A DNA stretch of 64,000 nt from a virus, in the IMG/VR virus record IMGVR_UViG_3300045988_090463, positions 12,472 through 76,471 of that record. One strand, written 5' to 3'. The notes beneath the pieces are model-generated. The model was not told the DNA's origin and searched no databases. It saw nothing but the letters and a program-made list of their open reading frames with translations. Position numbers and translations under genes: made by a program. Positions 25,796 through 35,128 of the stretch are shown here, in pieces. Within the stretch, counting starts at the first letter, position 1. Each line of letters opens with the position of its first letter.

Positions 25796-27649
25796 TTAAT
25801 ACCAATATCCTAACGCCTTGCCTTTGTCATAGACAGCTTTTGCTACTATTTGATAGTACCAGTAATTCCCATGAACAGAATCACTTCTTAAGCAAGATGG
25901 AATAGTGCCTTTTTCAATAAGTGCCTTATCATCTTCCGAAGGGGTGATGTTTGCACCGATGCTGTTTGCGTAAGCAATTCCATTTTTACAGATATAATCT
26001 CTTATATTCAAATAATTAGCACCAAATTCAGCATAAAATTCTTGTTCTCTGACAGCATTTCCACTTGATGTTCCTGTTGGTAACGATATCACAATATGTT
26101 TTTCATTACACATAGATTTTGCTCTATCTTTTGCACTTCCTTGCGTGATGTATTTACCATCATGCAATGGTGCATCATTCTGCCCCATCCAAATGATTTT
26201 GATAGCATTATCAAACTCTTTGTAGGCATTAGTTATGATTGGAGTTCTACAAACAAGAGTTTTTTCTTCTCCATTTTCTTTTCGTGTAAAGTAATAAGCA
26301 AATGTAGAACCTTGCACTGTTTCTCCTGTATCGGGGTCTGACTGTCCACTTGAAATTAAGGTTCTTGTAATTTTTCCTTCGATGCCGCCAATAGATACAG
26401 GATTTACTCCACTATGGACATCATCAACTGCAATGTTGTAAGAAAGGTTATCTTTGAGATAAGTCCATGCGTTTACAGTATTATCCCAAAAATAATCCTG
26501 TTCCTGTCCATGTAAGTAAATCCTTACTGCTGTAATCTCCGCTGGAATTGTAAATGGTTCTGCACAAATTTCATTGTGCCCGCTTCTAGCGGAAATCATC
26601 CAAGATGGTTCACCGCCAACACCTAAATTGATAACCGGTTTGTTTAACATTCTGCTTAATATACTCGGGTATGAAGTGTCTTTATTTACATCACTACTCG
26701 GTTTTCCTCTGTCACTTCCAGTACCTTGTGTTAGTGAATCACCCCAACACACAATTTTTTCTTCTTTAAGATTTTCCTCTGATTGCAAATAAAGTATTTC
26801 AATACTATTATCAGATATAATATTTATACCATCAAAATTATTTAATAGACCACCAACACCGTGTTGAACATCACCAACGAACGAACTATAGCCAGTAGAT
26901 ATATTTTCTTTATTTACGAAGATGTTATACCACTCTATTGCAGAATCTATTAATACAGTACCGTTTAAATTTGCATAAAACATAAATACTAAATAGGTGT
27001 CTGAATTTAAAATGAGCTTTGTCACCGAGCTTTGTTTATCCATCGAAAGCTGAATACTTGAATATTGATTGTGCGTTATATTACCATCCTTATCGCATAA
27101 AGATATATAAATAAATCCTATGTTTCCTGTTGCAGATCCGCTTAATAGTTTAAATGAAGAACCACACATATACGTCCCGGCCTTTAAAAATATAGGTTTA
27201 GACGTTATTTGTTTAAACTTTTCACCTGCTTTCACGGTAGCACTTAATTTATCTTTCACAGCAGTTATATTTGATAATGATGCTGAAAAACCTTGTATGC
27301 CAACATCTGCGATACAAGGAAACATATTTTTATAATAAGACATGACACGACTGTCTGTTTCGCTGTTCCATTTTATTTTAGATAATGGTTTCAAATTATT
27401 AAAATCAGAGCCATTGTTCCTGTATAATGTACTGAATGAACCAACAAAGTCGTTTAATTCACCTATGTCTTCCTTTAGTGAATCAGTTTCTGTCTTTACT
27501 TCCTTAAATTTGTCCCCTACTACTTTGGAGTCGGCAAATGCTCCCTCGACGCTCAAAGTTTTATCTGCGATAGGCTTGTCTGCTAAGCCTGGATACCCAA
27601 TTGGAATATCTCCGTTTTGAGTATGGATTTTTAAAATTGATCCTGCCAT
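25796..27649 (-). CDS. fibre-like protein with an SGNH/GDSL hydrolase domain
   Basis: N-terminal fibre motif KTLSVEGAFADSKVVGDKF. GDSL block IVCWGDSLTQGTGS. 617 aa. Confidence 0.7.
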   Translation of the reverse strand: MAGSILKIHTQNGDIPIGYPGLADKPIADKTLSVEGAFADSKVVGDKFKEVKTETDSLKEDIGELNDFVGSFSTLYRNNGSDFNNLKPLSKIKWNSETDSRVMSYYKNMFPCIADVGIQGFSASLSNITAVKDKLSATVKAGEKFKQITSKPIFLKAGTYMCGSSFKLLSGSATGNIGFIYISLCDKDGNITHNQYSSIQLSMDKQSSVTKLILNSDTYLVFMFYANLNGTVLIDSAIEWYNIFVNKENISTGYSSFVGDVQHGVGGLLNNFDGINIISDNSIEILYLQSEENLKEEKIVCWGDSLTQGTGSDRGKPSSDVNKDTSYPSILSRMLNKPVINLGVGGEPSWMISARSGHNEICAEPFTIPAEITAVRIYLHGQEQDYFWDNTVNAWTYLKDNLSYNIAVDDVHSGVNPVSIGGIEGKITRTLISSGQSDPDTGETVQGSTFAYYFTRKENGEEKTLVCRTPIITNAYKEFDNAIKIIWMGQNDAPLHDGKYITQGSAKDRAKSMCNEKHIVISLPTGTSSGNAVREQEFYAEFGANYLNIRDYICKNGIAYANSIGANITPSEDDKALIEKGTIPSCLRSDSVHGNYWYYQIVAKAVYDKGKALGYWY

Positions 27650-27659
27650 GAACTACCTC

Positions 27660-27992
27660 CTAAAAAATAAGTACACCATCATCATTTACAGTTGGCAAAA
27701 TAGGGTTTTCATTCAAATAATCAGATATAATTTCTTTTACCTGTTCTTCCGTGATGTCACCGATTGACCCAAGTGAATCCCATGAGGTTCCATTCCACAC
27801 AACATTCATTCCTGCGCCACCGTAAATTGATTTTTGCTCAATATTGTACATATCGCCAACAGACGGACTCAAAGGAAGTAGATCGGATGTCACTACACTG
27901 CCTTTGTATAGAATTGGATATTTTAACTTATTTTCCATATTGCTTACTTTACTAAGCAAAAGTGCGTATACTTTTTTTGCTGTTAATGCCAT
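27660..27992 (-). CDS. small fibre-associated protein
   Basis: Motif VGDMYNIE...GMNVVWNGTSWDSLG. Confidence 0.4.
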   Translation of the reverse strand: MALTAKKVYALLLSKVSNMENKLKYPILYKGSVVTSDLLPLSPSVGDMYNIEQKSIYGGAGMNVVWNGTSWDSLGSIGDITEEQVKEIISDYLNENPILPTVNDDGVLIF

Positions 27993-27996
27993 GTAA

Positions 27997-28245
27997 TCAG
28001 CCTCCTAATTTGTACCATGTATCAGTTGGTTTGTGATATTCGTATAATTCGGACGTATCAAGACATAATGCTGATGAACCGCTTTGTACGTAATGTGGAA
28101 GTTTCGCCACGTCCTTTGACAGCCCTTCATAATCACGAACCATACCTCTTGCATCCGTACACACCCAACTGCCTAAATCCGGCAACTCGTCGCCAGGATT
28201 ATACTTGATGCCGTCGAAAATAACTGTGTTTTCTGCTTTTGCCAT
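27997..28245 (-). CDS. hypothetical protein (82 aa)
   Basis: Abuts both neighbours. Confidence 0.4.
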   Translation of the reverse strand: MAKAENTVIFDGIKYNPGDELPDLGSWVCTDARGMVRDYEGLSKDVAKLPHYVQSGSSALCLDTSELYEYHKPTDTWYKLGG

Positions 28246-28632
28246 CTATGCAATCATCCTTTCTGCCCCAACAGGAGCTACATAAGTGAATTTGTTCCCT
28301 AATATATCTCTGGCTGTACCAATGACAAATTGTCCGTAGTCTGCCAGAATATTGCACACAAATTCCTCTGCATCCACCCAGTATTGCTTCTTGACCATGT
28401 GGTGAAGTTCTGGTAACAGACCGTAGCTGAACATCACGCAATGCCCTAATTCATGGATAAACACACGGTTCAGAAGTTCCCCATATAGATTATTTGCAAT
28501 CGAAATTGTCATTGTGGAATAATCCGATACCGCAAGTGTTCTCTGCCCTGTACGGTCAATCAGAACATCATCATGGGGAGAAACAAAGTGAACTTTCCAT
28601 AAGTCCCCATTCATGTAAAATTGTCTTAGCAT
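28246..28632 (-). CDS. HExxH zinc metallopeptidase-like protein
   Basis: FIHELGHCVMF motif. 128 aa. Confidence 0.55.
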   Translation of the reverse strand: MLRQFYMNGDLWKVHFVSPHDDVLIDRTGQRTLAVSDYSTMTISIANNLYGELLNRVFIHELGHCVMFSYGLLPELHHMVKKQYWVDAEEFVCNILADYGQFVIGTARDILGNKFTYVAPVGAERMIA

Positions 28633-28710
28633 GGTTTATCACCATCCTTTTCTCAAATAAAAAGTCCCTGTCACATTTCTGTAACAAGGACTAAATTTAA
28701 TTCTTATTTG

Positions 28711-29337
28711 TTAATTCATCTGCTGTATCAGACGAGTTAAGTCAGTTTTCATCGACTGCCTGAGTGTTGCGTCTGCATCTGACCACATCTCTGTAAGATT
28801 ACGGATAATGTCAGATGTATACTCTTTCATGGAATCATCCATTTTTCTCTTAGATTCTGTATCATTGGAATCATGGTAATGCCTGCGATTCTCACTGTAT
28901 CTGTCATAGCTTTCGCCATATCTGGACTGCTTATGGTTCATTCCATCCATTCTCATATCACTACGATCTGGATGATAACCCATGCGGTACATATTACGTT
29001 CAAACTCTGGATTGTTCAGATACTCTTCCATCCAGTCATCATCTTCCATGTACAAATATGGTTTATATCCCATACGACTTCCTTTGCCTTTCGGGGCAAA
29101 TCTTCCATTGGAATAACGATACCTGTCATATCCCATGCGTCCAAGATACTTTTCTTCCTGTTCACATTCGTCCATAGCTTCTACGATTCTGTAATCCTTA
29201 TCTGCACAAATCGCACACTTTACGGATTCCATGCAGTCTTTCAAATCGTCCCAGTCTTGAGCGCTGAGATTATCAAAGCCATGTGTTTTGGCTTTTTCCA
29301 TAGCCCATTTTCCCATTTCCATTGCAACTTTATGCAT
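28711..29337 (-). CDS. low-complexity Tyr/Arg/Asp/Met-rich protein with three RMGY repeats
   Basis: GRMGYDRYRY, SRMGYKPYLY and YRMGYHPDRS. 208 aa. Confidence 0.5.
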   Translation of the reverse strand: MHKVAMEMGKWAMEKAKTHGFDNLSAQDWDDLKDCMESVKCAICADKDYRIVEAMDECEQEEKYLGRMGYDRYRYSNGRFAPKGKGSRMGYKPYLYMEDDDWMEEYLNNPEFERNMYRMGYHPDRSDMRMDGMNHKQSRYGESYDRYSENRRHYHDSNDTESKRKMDDSMKEYTSDIIRNLTEMWSDADATLRQSMKTDLTRLIQQMN

Positions 29338-29762
29338 TACAGTGCCCCCTTTCTAACAGCCTGTGTAACAGGTGCTTCTGTCGTTGGGGCTGTACCATTA
29401 ATTGCTGTCAAATTGTTGCTCGGACTACAAGCCGGATTTCCTAACATCTTGAATACTCCGCCAGTTGCACTTGTAGCTACTCTGGTTGCGTACTTCGTTC
29501 TGGTTCTTATTCCACAAGCCGTAATCTGTGCACAGCAACGATTCTCTAGCGGATACAAAGTTGTTCCTGTTCCTATCTGAATCATTACCGGAGCAGTAAT
29601 TGTAGTGGCTTCTGGTATACTTTGTGCAACAACAATACAATATTTCTCTCCATTGTTGTAACTGCCTGCTGGGAGTGTGATTACAAGATTACCTCCTGTA
29701 AACGCAACAGCTTGGCTTATTACAAGACGGTTGCAGAGCTTACAAACATTTTTACAACTCAT
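29337..29762 (-). CDS. Cys-rich protein (141 aa)
   Basis: Start MSCKNVCKLCNRL. Further Cys residues at RCCAQITAC. Confidence 0.45.
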   Translation of the reverse strand: MSCKNVCKLCNRLVISQAVAFTGGNLVITLPAGSYNNGEKYCIVVAQSIPEATTITAPVMIQIGTGTTLYPLENRCCAQITACGIRTRTKYATRVATSATGGVFKMLGNPACSPSNNLTAINGTAPTTEAPVTQAVRKGAL

Positions 29763-29840
29763 ATTTCTACCTCTCAATCAAAATAAGAGGTGAGCCGTAA
29801 CCCACCTCTTAGAATTAGTCAACCTCTAAGGGTGAGTTAC

Positions 29841-30650
29841 TTAGCAACAACCGTTGCCATATGTATTACATCCTGCGTATGCATATGGAGCTGGAACCTG
29901 GAATGCAGGAATCGGAGCCGGGTTGATTGCATTGATTAATCTCTGAGCCTGTGCGTACATCTCTGTTGTAAGCAATGCGGACTGACGATCCTGAGATGCA
30001 GCACGTTTCAGATCAGAGTTCTCTGCCTGTAATGTTGCAATCTTATCGTTAGTCAGGAAGTCAAGGATTGCTCTTGTGTTGCTGTTCTGGTTTTCCAGAA
30101 GGTCTCTGGTGTTGTTGTTCATTGTGTTCTGGAGAGCACAAGTGTTGGTAGCAAGGTTGTAGTTGATACCCTGTATAGCTTCTCTTGTTTCACAGCAACA
30201 GTTTGCTAACTGAGACTGTAATGCGTTGGTATTCTGCATACCGGCTACAGTATCAGCATTGATAGCCTGCTGAACGCCGTTGAAGCCTTGAAGCATTCCG
30301 ACATTCATGCCATTAAAGCCACTCTGCATGGTATTGTTAAGAGAATATGTGCTGTCACAGATACCCTGCTGAATACCTCTGATACCATTCTGAATATCAT
30401 TAAGGGCGAATTCCTCATTAATATCTGAACGGGTAGCCCATCCTTGGAAGCCGGCACCGTTCGCACCGTTTCCACCATTGCCACCGAAGCCGCCGCCCCA
30501 GCCGCCAAAACCTCCCCATCCAAAGATAGCAAAGATCAAGACAAGCCAGATAAGTGAAAAGCCATCACCGCCCCACATATCATTGGCGCGATTATTAGAG
30601 CCTGTAGCGGCAGCAATGTCGCTAAGACTGTAATTAGAACCATTCATCAT
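29841..30650 (-). CDS. membrane-anchored Gly-rich / Asn-Gln-rich protein with a Cys-rich C-terminus
   Basis: TM segment FSLIWLVLIFAIFGW, then GGFGGWGGGFGGNGGNGANGAG, a long N/Q helical region, and an end at AGCNTYGNGCC. Confidence 0.5.
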   Translation of the reverse strand: MMNGSNYSLSDIAAATGSNNRANDMWGGDGFSLIWLVLIFAIFGWGGFGGWGGGFGGNGGNGANGAGFQGWATRSDINEEFALNDIQNGIRGIQQGICDSTYSLNNTMQSGFNGMNVGMLQGFNGVQQAINADTVAGMQNTNALQSQLANCCCETREAIQGINYNLATNTCALQNTMNNNTRDLLENQNSNTRAILDFLTNDKIATLQAENSDLKRAASQDRQSALLTTEMYAQAQRLINAINPAPIPAFQVPAPYAYAGCNTYGNGCC

Positions 30651-30746
30651 GTTTTTAGTCTCCTTAAATATTATTTACAATAGGAGACATCCGCGGCTGT
30701 CGTCCCAAATTGTAGCGATTTTTAATCACCCAATTATGGGGAAGTG

Positions 30747-30992
30747 TTATAATCCAAGGAATTTCTGGATAATTCCATCTGGAGATAAATGTTTTTCATT
30801 GAATACATTTTGTTGTATTTGATGTAGCTGGTCTGCATCACCTTTTTTATATAAATCCAAAGCATTTTTCAATGTTGGATTGTTTCCTGCAAATTTACTC
30901 ATGTCGTTCATCATGTTGTCAACACTTCCGAACCTCTGAGAAATCATTTTCTCGAATTGCTTTTTCATCATAGCGTTTGGGCTGAAATTCAT
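30747..30992 (-). CDS. hypothetical protein (81 aa)
   Basis: 4-nt overlap with the upstream gene. Confidence 0.45.
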   Translation of the reverse strand: MNFSPNAMMKKQFEKMISQRFGSVDNMMNDMSKFAGNNPTLKNALDLYKKGDADQLHQIQQNVFNEKHLSPDGIIQKFLGL

Positions 30993-31495
30993 CTCTGCTT
31001 ACCTCCGTTCTGCTGTTTTGCAGGCTCCGATGTTCCCGATATAAATGTCGGAAACATGTCTTTGATTCCAGAAATTTCAGCACATACATCGTTTCGAAGC
31101 TGATTAATCATAGCAACTAGATCAACCTGCTTTGGTTCTTCCTGTTGCTGCTCTGCTTCTGGATTGACAAGTCGGTAAACAAAAATTTTGCTTCTTCCGT
31201 CTGCTTGTAATTGTTTTCTGTAGACTTCTGTACCATCTGTTTTTGGATAATAAACAGGATTTCCAGACATATCTACATCTTTTGCTTTTACAGTATCAAT
31301 GCCATCAACCATCTGCCCTTGAAGCATCGGCATTTGCTGCATTTGTTGTACAGGCTGCTGCATCTGCATTTGTCCATATGGCATTGCCTGTTGATAGTTA
31401 TTCTGTAATTGTGCCAACCTGTCTTGATACGGCTGTATTTGTCCGTAAGGGTTGCTCATCATTGGCTGTTGCGGATAATACGGATAACCTGCCAT
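30989..31495 (-). CDS. protein with a Q/P/M/Y-rich prion-like N-terminus
   Basis: Start MAGYPYYPQQPMMSNPYGQIQPYQ after AGGAGG. Confidence 0.5.
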   Translation of the reverse strand: MAGYPYYPQQPMMSNPYGQIQPYQDRLAQLQNNYQQAMPYGQMQMQQPVQQMQQMPMLQGQMVDGIDTVKAKDVDMSGNPVYYPKTDGTEVYRKQLQADGRSKIFVYRLVNPEAEQQQEEPKQVDLVAMINQLRNDVCAEISGIKDMFPTFISGTSEPAKQQNGGKQR

Positions 31496-31650
31496 AATCT
31501 GTTCCTCCTGTCCGGGATTCAAGAATCATATCCATATCATCTATAGAACGATGCTTTTCCCATATGCCCTCGTAAGGGTTTCTTAATATAATCATTACGT
31601 TTTCTCCTATGATTATATTATATAGGAAGGAACGCTGTATTTGAACGTCA

Positions 31651-31905
31651 CTATTTCGCCACATTTCCGCCATTATACAAAGAAAAGCCCCGAATATACA
31701 TCGGGGCAACTTTGGCAATTTTTTGCTTTATTTTTTTATTGATTCGGTCTATGGTTCTGGGACTGTATTCCATTAATTCAGATGCTTCCAATAATGTTTT
31801 TTCGTCATAAGCCCGTAATCGAAATAATTTTTCTTCGCGTGAATCAAAACCTGCTTCTTGCAAGTAAAATTTTCTTTCATCTTCTGAAAAATCTGCATAA
31901 TTCAT
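31651..31905 (-). CDS. small sigma-region-4 / LuxR-GerE-like HTH protein
   Basis: The pattern SREEKLFRLRAYDEKTLLEASELMEYSPRTIDRINKKIKQKI. Confidence 0.5.
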   Translation of the reverse strand: MNYADFSEDERKFYLQEAGFDSREEKLFRLRAYDEKTLLEASELMEYSPRTIDRINKKIKQKIAKVAPMYIRGFSLYNGGNVAK

Positions 31906-31944
31906 ATAACTCCACCGTCCTCCCTTACAAGTGGAATCAATTTG

Positions 31945-32256
31945 TTACATAGGAAATACACCGCTCAACATAAATCCTACAACTGCTCCCACGACTGCCG
32001 TTATAATGCATACAATAATAGTGTCATAACGTTTGCCAGGGACTGCCATGAGGATTTTTAAATTGTTGTTCATTTCATCGACTGTTTCTTTAATATGATC
32101 TAAGTCATTGCTATACAGGGCGGTCTTCTGTTCGAGCTTATTAATTCTTGAATAAAATTCTTTGTGCCTTTCAGACTGCTTTTCCTGCATATCATGAATA
32201 CTTTTTTCAATTTCTTCGAAGCGGTGATTGTTAAAGCACTCATGTTCACATCCCAT
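31945..32256 (-). CDS. XhlA-like protein (coiled coil plus C-terminal TM)
   Basis: 103 aa. Heptad region, then IIVCIITAVVGAVVGFMLSGVF. Same architecture as PBSX XhlA. Confidence 0.55.
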   Translation of the reverse strand: MGCEHECFNNHRFEEIEKSIHDMQEKQSERHKEFYSRINKLEQKTALYSNDLDHIKETVDEMNNNLKILMAVPGKRYDTIIVCIITAVVGAVVGFMLSGVFPM

Positions 32257-32367
32257 CGCTTTTCCTTTCTTTCACTCCCTATAAGATTTTTTGCTCTTTC
32301 CCTACTTTAATGAGCAACCCTGCAATGTACCGGGAGGAAAAACACATTGCGTTCCATCCCATCTTTT

Positions 32368-32694
32368 TTAACTCAAACTTCCAGCAAAAGGAAAAACACC
32401 ATGATTAATATAAATTTCGGTTTCAGATTCCCAACTTCTATTTACAGAAGATTCAGAATGTGATTCTTGGAACTCAGCCCCCTGCTTCACAAGAAAATAG
32501 AGGGCTAAATCAAATATGCAATCATAGCATTTTTCCATGTCACTATCTATTTTTTCATTTGTATAACTTAAAGGATAGTTTCTCTTATTCTTGAACGAAC
32601 GAATTGCCCGTTTTACGGCAAGAGAAATCATTTCAGGTGGTTCTGTGTCATCGGTCAGATAGTTTGCCAAATCGTTTATAAGCTCTTCGTTCAT
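32368..32694 (-). CDS. head-tail connector (gp6-like) protein
   Basis: 108 aa. Lies downstream of the capsid gene. Typical N-terminus is LINDLANYL..D. Confidence 0.55.
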   Translation of the reverse strand: MNEELINDLANYLTDDTEPPEMISLAVKRAIRSFKNKRNYPLSYTNEKIDSDMEKCYDCIFDLALYFLVKQGAEFQESHSESSVNRSWESETEIYINHGVFPFAGSLS

Positions 32695-32704
32695 CCAAAA
32701 TCAC

Positions 32705-32809
32705 CTACCCTTGCTGAACTAATATTTCAGAAATGATACCAGCCTTATTTGTTGAGGTCAGGGCATAGCCATTATCACTTGCAAGCTGTCTTAACTGTGG
32801 TACAGTCAT
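32705..32809 (-). CDS. 34-aa SAP/HeH (Rho_N-like) mini-ORF
   Basis: Product MTVPQLRQLASDNGYALTSTNKAGIISEILVQQG. Its frame is open upstream into the capsid gene 3' end. Confidence 0.3.
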   Translation of the reverse strand: MTVPQLRQLASDNGYALTSTNKAGIISEILVQQG

Positions 32810-32907
32810 ATTAGACAGCTCACTTTCTGTGTATTTATGTGTTGGTTCTTTGACTTTAACACTTGCTACAGACGGTGATTGGCTGTTCTCATTGAGACTA
32901 TGCCCGC

Positions 32908-33945
32908 TTATTCCCCCGCTTTGGTACCGATTACGATACCGCCGTTAGCTTTTGGTGCAACAGGAACGAACATGCCGGATGCTTTTGTCCATACTGCAAC
33001 TGGATCCTGTGTAGCCCACATGGAAAGTGTTACGAAAGAACGATTTTCTTCCTGAATGAACTGTCTGTATTCAAGTTCCTCTGGTGTAACACCCCAGAGT
33101 CCGGTACCGAAAGAACCATTTGCTTCGGATTCGTACAGGGTAAATACATCTTCCTTGAAGTATCTGCCGGTTTTCAGCGTTCCATCTGCTTTTCTGTATC
33201 TGAATTTTTCATCACAGCGATCAATAGTAAAACCATATTCCTGCATGATGAGATTTACAAGTTCCTGCTTTGTCAGGAGTCGTTTGTTTGCTGCTCCCAG
33301 AACCGCTGTCTGCATAGCAGTGTTATTTCTCATGTAGTTAATCATCTTGAGGGATGTAAGTGCTTTGTTTACAACAAAACCGTTGTCCTCTGCGACTGCT
33401 ACCATCTTCTGAATGTCGCCCATGATGTCCGCATCTGGTTTAGACCAGTCCGTAAGAGCGACCTTTGCACCAGTCGGTACGCCGTAATCAATATTCAGAT
33501 CTACATTGTTCTCTTTGACTTTTACGGCACCTGTAGAAAGGAACTGTCCTTTCATAACATTCGCTCTGGCAACAACACCTTCAAAAAGGTTAGCTGCATC
33601 ATCAAATACAAAGTTTTTCAGTGCTTCATTATCCGGCACACCGTTTTCAATTGCCTGCTGTAATCTTTCGGACTGATTGATTTTTCTCTTAATAAAGAGT
33701 TTTTCAGTCAGAACTTTTTCGAAGCCCGGTCTTGTTCCGATTTCTGCTTCAGTATCAAGCGCATGAACGAATGCCACTTCTGGCAGTCTCTGTCCAGCCA
33801 TAAGTCTGTAGTATTCAGCTTTCAGGTACTGAGTTTTAACATCTGGAAAAATGGTATCAAGGATACCAGGTCTTTTAACACTGAAATCCTGAGAGAAGTT
33901 AAGTCTTTCTTCCTGTGTAATTGATTCTAATACATTAAATGGCAT
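32908..33945 (-). CDS. major capsid protein (lambda gpE-type)
   Basis: 345 aa. Follows a gpD-like gene and the scaffold. Confidence 0.8.
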   Translation of the reverse strand: MPFNVLESITQEERLNFSQDFSVKRPGILDTIFPDVKTQYLKAEYYRLMAGQRLPEVAFVHALDTEAEIGTRPGFEKVLTEKLFIKRKINQSERLQQAIENGVPDNEALKNFVFDDAANLFEGVVARANVMKGQFLSTGAVKVKENNVDLNIDYGVPTGAKVALTDWSKPDADIMGDIQKMVAVAEDNGFVVNKALTSLKMINYMRNNTAMQTAVLGAANKRLLTKQELVNLIMQEYGFTIDRCDEKFRYRKADGTLKTGRYFKEDVFTLYESEANGSFGTGLWGVTPEELEYRQFIQEENRSFVTLSMWATQDPVAVWTKASGMFVPVAPKANGGIVIGTKAGE

Positions 33946-33958
33946 CTGTTATACCTCC

Positions 33959-34303
33959 TTAAAATTCTGGGTCTGTAGTGGTTACGAAAACAATTCCCGC
34001 TTTTTCAAGTTCTGCCTTTGCGGTAGTATCGACTACTGCCGGAAGTCTCTTTTCAAGAACACGTCCTGCAACAATTACGGAAATTGGTCTCTTTACATCG
34101 TCTGTCATATCAACCTCTTCAAATACGATTCCTTTTGCACCGGTTGCATTTGTCGGATATACAGAACCTGCTTTGATGATCTTCTTAGTTCCAACGGTTT
34201 CAGCATTTGTCTGTTCTGCTGTATAGGTTTTAAGTACCAGTCCTACCTCGGATTCGAGGATATTAGGTGTGGATTCGTACTGCTCTGTTTTCATAAAAGC
34301 CAT
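33959..34303 (-). CDS. head decoration protein (gpD-like position)
   Basis: 114 aa. Lies between the scaffold and capsid genes. Confidence 0.55.
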   Translation of the reverse strand: MAFMKTEQYESTPNILESEVGLVLKTYTAEQTNAETVGTKKIIKAGSVYPTNATGAKGIVFEEVDMTDDVKRPISVIVAGRVLEKRLPAVVDTTAKAELEKAGIVFVTTTDPEF

Positions 34304-34326
34304 AATCTAAATCTCCTTTACTTGAA

Positions 34327-34968
34327 TTAAATATTTACCGGTGCGTTATCGTCCGCCGGTTTGATTTCTGGGTTCATTCTTGCTGAGTACGCTTTTGCAT
34401 ATTCAGATGCATCACTTTTCTTTGTCTCGTTACTGTCGCCAGCTCCACCACCCGGATTAGGCGTGTTTTCAAGGGCTTCTTTTTCCCATGCAGCTTTTGC
34501 AGTATCGAGAGTTGTTTTATTTACTTCGGAAATTCCATCAACAAAAGTCTGTGCTTCTTTGAGTGCATCTTCTTCATTCATATTGGAAAATGCTTTGATT
34601 GCTCCTGCGTAGGCATCACCTTGCATTCCTGCATTAGCAAAAATGGAAGTGATTTTTCCTGTCAGTGCTTCTCTCTGGGAAGTTGCAAGTGCGGATTCAA
34701 GGTCAGAAATTCTTTTCTCGTTTGCAGCTTTTTCTTTCTGACGTTCAAGTTCTGCTTTTTCTGCATCAGTCATGTTTTGCTGTTTCAGCTCATCAAGTTC
34801 TTTTTGCAGTGCTTCTGCCTTATCAGCTTTTTCTTTAAGGGAAGTGTTTTTGTCTTTTTCCTTTTTTACTTCTCCTGTGACGGAATCAAGATATTTGGTC
34901 ACCTGTTCATCAGATGGTTCCTCAATTCCCATACCGATAAGTACTTGTTTTGCCTGTTCTCTTGTCAT
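34327..34968 (-). CDS. scaffolding protein
   Basis: Start MTREQAKQ after AAAGGAG. Coiled coil, rich in E/K/A. Confidence 0.7.
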   Translation of the reverse strand: MTREQAKQVLIGMGIEEPSDEQVTKYLDSVTGEVKKEKDKNTSLKEKADKAEALQKELDELKQQNMTDAEKAELERQKEKAANEKRISDLESALATSQREALTGKITSIFANAGMQGDAYAGAIKAFSNMNEEDALKEAQTFVDGISEVNKTTLDTAKAAWEKEALENTPNPGGGAGDSNETKKSDASEYAKAYSARMNPEIKPADDNAPVNI

Positions 34969-35073
34969 GAAATCTCCTTTCTTCCAGACCAACACACTTT
35001 GTTCACACGGTTCGCTCCGCACATGATCTGTGCCCGATTTGCGCTCACGGGCTGTTGCAATATTTTTGAGTAT

Positions 35074-35106
35074 TAAAAAAGGAATCTCAGTTTTCCAAGA
35101 TTCCTT
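35074..35106 (-). terminator. terminator after the portal gene
   Basis: AAGGAAUCU...AGAUUCCUU followed by UUUUUA. Confidence 0.6.
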
Positions 35107-35128
35107 AAATAATTAATGTAAAAATCGT

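Noticed and set aside
31398-31595. 65-aa ORF (MIILRNPYEGIWEKHRSIDD...) with a good SD that overlaps the start of the Q/P-rich gene by about 100 nt.
   Set aside because: I could not decide between a real overlapping gene, a frameshift fusion and chance. The C-terminal half is the out-of-frame reading of a low-complexity gene. It is left unannotated.
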